A DNA stretch of 63,037 nt, filler included, from Octopus bimaculoides (Eukaryota), in assembly GCF_001194135.2 (NCBI RefSeq). It is 5 parts of 5 records of this genome, joined end to end, with 100 filler letters (N's around TTAATTAATTAA, not from the genome) between each part and the next. Parts side by side here need not be neighbours in the genome. Positions count along the whole stretch, not along the records: positions 60,963 to 63,037 come from NC_069006.1; 4 more parts are not named here. One strand, 5' to 3'. The notes beneath the pieces were generated by a model. It made no database searches. It had not been told where the DNA came from and saw only the letters and a program-made list of their open reading frames with translations. Positions 60,963-63,037 of this stretch are shown here, piece by piece (positions within the stretch are counted from its first letter, which is position 1; each line of letters starts with the position of its first letter). Made by a program: the position numbers and the translations under genes.

Positions 60963-61388
60963 ATGCTAAACCCTTTTCGTACCTGACTTTTCTTTCTACT
61001 TTCATTTTCGTTTCAATCTTTCTCTGTCTCTGTCTCTCCCTCTTCTCCCGTGGAAACACAAAACACGCACACACACACACACATCCTATCCTAAAGCTAG
61101 TTAGTAGCAGCCATACTATTACACTACAGCTCGCTACTGTGGTTATTAATTAGAAGGCTGGAAGTGGAAACACCTCAGCATCGCAGTAGCAACAACTTCC
61201 CTCGTTGACTTGGTACTGGTAGTAGTAATAGTTGCAGCCGCAGCAGCCGCAGCAGCAGCAGTAAACAGCCGCCGCGGTAGCAGCAGCAATCGTCGGTAAC
61301 ATCAACAGCAGTAGCAGTTACTAAGAGTGGCAGCGGTAGCAGCAACAGTGGTAGCAGTATAGCAATCATCATCACCGTTGTCGTCGTC

Positions 61389-61406
61389 GTGGTAGTGGTA
61401 GTAGTG

Positions 61407-61437
<31 letters not shown>

Positions 61438-61495
61438 AAGAAGAAGGAGGAGGAGTTGTAGTAACAGCTGCAGCAGTAGCAGCAGCAGCAGCAAC

Positions 61496-61542
<47 letters not shown>

Positions 61543-61597
61543 AAGGAGGAGGAGTTGTAGTAACAGCTGCAGCAGTAGCAGCAGCAGCAGCAGCAAC

Positions 61598-61657
<60 letters not shown>
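61389..61657. repeat. Compound (GTA)n/(GCA)n tract with an internal ~100-nt tandem duplication
   Basis: GAAGGAGGAGGAGTTGTAGTAACAGCTGCAGCAGTAGCAGCAG occurs twice, each followed by (GTA)n. Confidence 0.9.
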
Positions 61658-62223
61658 TTGAGAAAGCAGAAATCAAACAAGGGACAGACAAAGGAACAGC
61701 ATCGGTGATGTCGCAATGCACGATTGCATGTTTTTGCAGTGTAATTGATGAAACGCTAAAAGGCTCGAGTGAAATGCCTTCAGCTTAGACCAATACAAAA
61801 CTTATACAGCATTCATGGCATTAATAGAAATTGTGACAGGATAGAGTGATTAGAGGTTGTTGTTTGTAGCAGGTCAAACGACCTCATTGTCTGGTGTGCT
61901 TCAGTAGAGATATCTGTTGGTTTAACTTAGCAAGAACGTGACGCTTCGGATAGAAGACTCTCATCAAACTATAACATAGTCTCGCCTGACAGGATTGTTT
62001 TAATCTCCCTCCTTTTCTCTCTTACACTCTAACACACGCATACGTATATGTTCATACACAAACACATATACAAATAACGCTCTCTTTCACATACACACAT
62101 ACACACACACACACACACACACATACATGTATATACGTTCTTTTTTGTTTTTTATAATCAGCTGTACGTAGCATTGAGCTGATTTCTCTATTCCTCAATG
62201 AATATTATTATAATTCACTCCCA

Positions 62224-62620
62224 AAGCAGCGAGCTGGCAGAATTGTTAGCACGCCGGCTGAAATGTTTAGCGGTATTTCGTCTGTTTTTACACTCTGAGT
62301 TCAAATGCCACCGCATCCTTTCGAGGTCGTTAAATTAACTATCAGTTGCGTACAGGGGGCGATCTAATCGAGTGGTCCCCCTCTCCAAAAATTTCGGGCC
62401 TTGTGCCTAGAGTAGAAAAGAACCGTTAACACCGGCTGAAATGCTTAGCAGTATTTCGTCTCTCGTTACGCTCTGAGTTCAATTCCATCAAAGTCAACTC
62501 TCATCCTTTCGGGATCGATAAATTAAGTACCAGTAAAACACTGCGGTCGACGTAATTGACTAGTCCCCTCCCGAAAAGTTTCAAGGCCTTGTGCATTCAG
62601 TAGACAGGATCATTATTATT
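62224..62620 (+). mobile_element. Tandem dimer of SINE family A
   Basis: Copy 1 62224-62422 ends GTAGAAAAGAA; copy 2 starts within the head and ends GTAGACAGGATC(ATT)n. Confidence 0.88.
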
Positions 62621-62899
62621 ATTCACTCTATGAGGATTATTAATATACGTATTTGATGTACATGCCTTGGATTGGTGAAGAGCTCCTTTAATAATGTGGG
62701 CGAACCATTAAAACAATGATCATTTGACTAATGCTATCTAGATTTATGCATCAAGGACTATTGGAGTGATCACCGAGATTTTTCTGATTCCCTCAATTAT
62801 ATATATGTGTGTGCGTGTGTGTGTGTGTGTTTGTGAGTGTGTGTGTATGTACATACATGCACACGCACACATATATATACCTGTATGTATGTATATATA

Positions 62900-62944
<45 letters not shown>

Positions 62945-63037
62945 ATACATGTATATATGTATGTACGTATGTAGGTATACACACACACCCCACACACATA
63001 TATACATACACATGTATATACCTGTATGTATGTATAT

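Noticed and set aside
61940-61967. Minus-strand TTGATGA...CGAAGCGTC hammerhead-like word
   Set aside because: Two core substitutions and no stem II; too degenerate.

Overview
Eukaryotic, AT-rich, repeat-dominated sequence from a gapped draft assembly. It is most likely Octopus or another coleoid cephalopod, inferred from the SINE and microsatellite repertoire as I recall it, not from a database search. I find no convincing host protein-coding gene, rRNA, intact tRNA or CRISPR array. Nearly all ORFs in the track are translations of (TA)n, (CA)n, (AG)n, (ATT)n or (ACAT)n microsatellites or of N gaps. Four 100-nt spacers (44 N + TTAATTAATTAA + 44 N) split the window into five assembly pieces, so adjacency across them is unproven. 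Real content: (1) a near-full-length decayed RTE-clade LINE (~37.4-41.1 kb) with a PHD-like finger inside its RT domain; (2) many fragments of restriction-like-endonuclease (R4/Dong-type) non-LTR elements, stacked in one orientation between (ATT)n arrays, plus a second family beside (ACAT)n; (3) at least three tRNA-derived SINE families in ~30 copies or fragments, with modular heads, cores and tails; (4) mariner/Tc1 and hAT relics and three long fold-back palindromes; (5) Penelope-like GIY-YIG remnants and hammerhead-ribozyme-like motifs. The best candidates for undescribed biology are the microsatellite-targeted retroelement set, the PHD-in-RT LINE architecture and the hairpin elements. All need computational confirmation, and none is shown to be novel.
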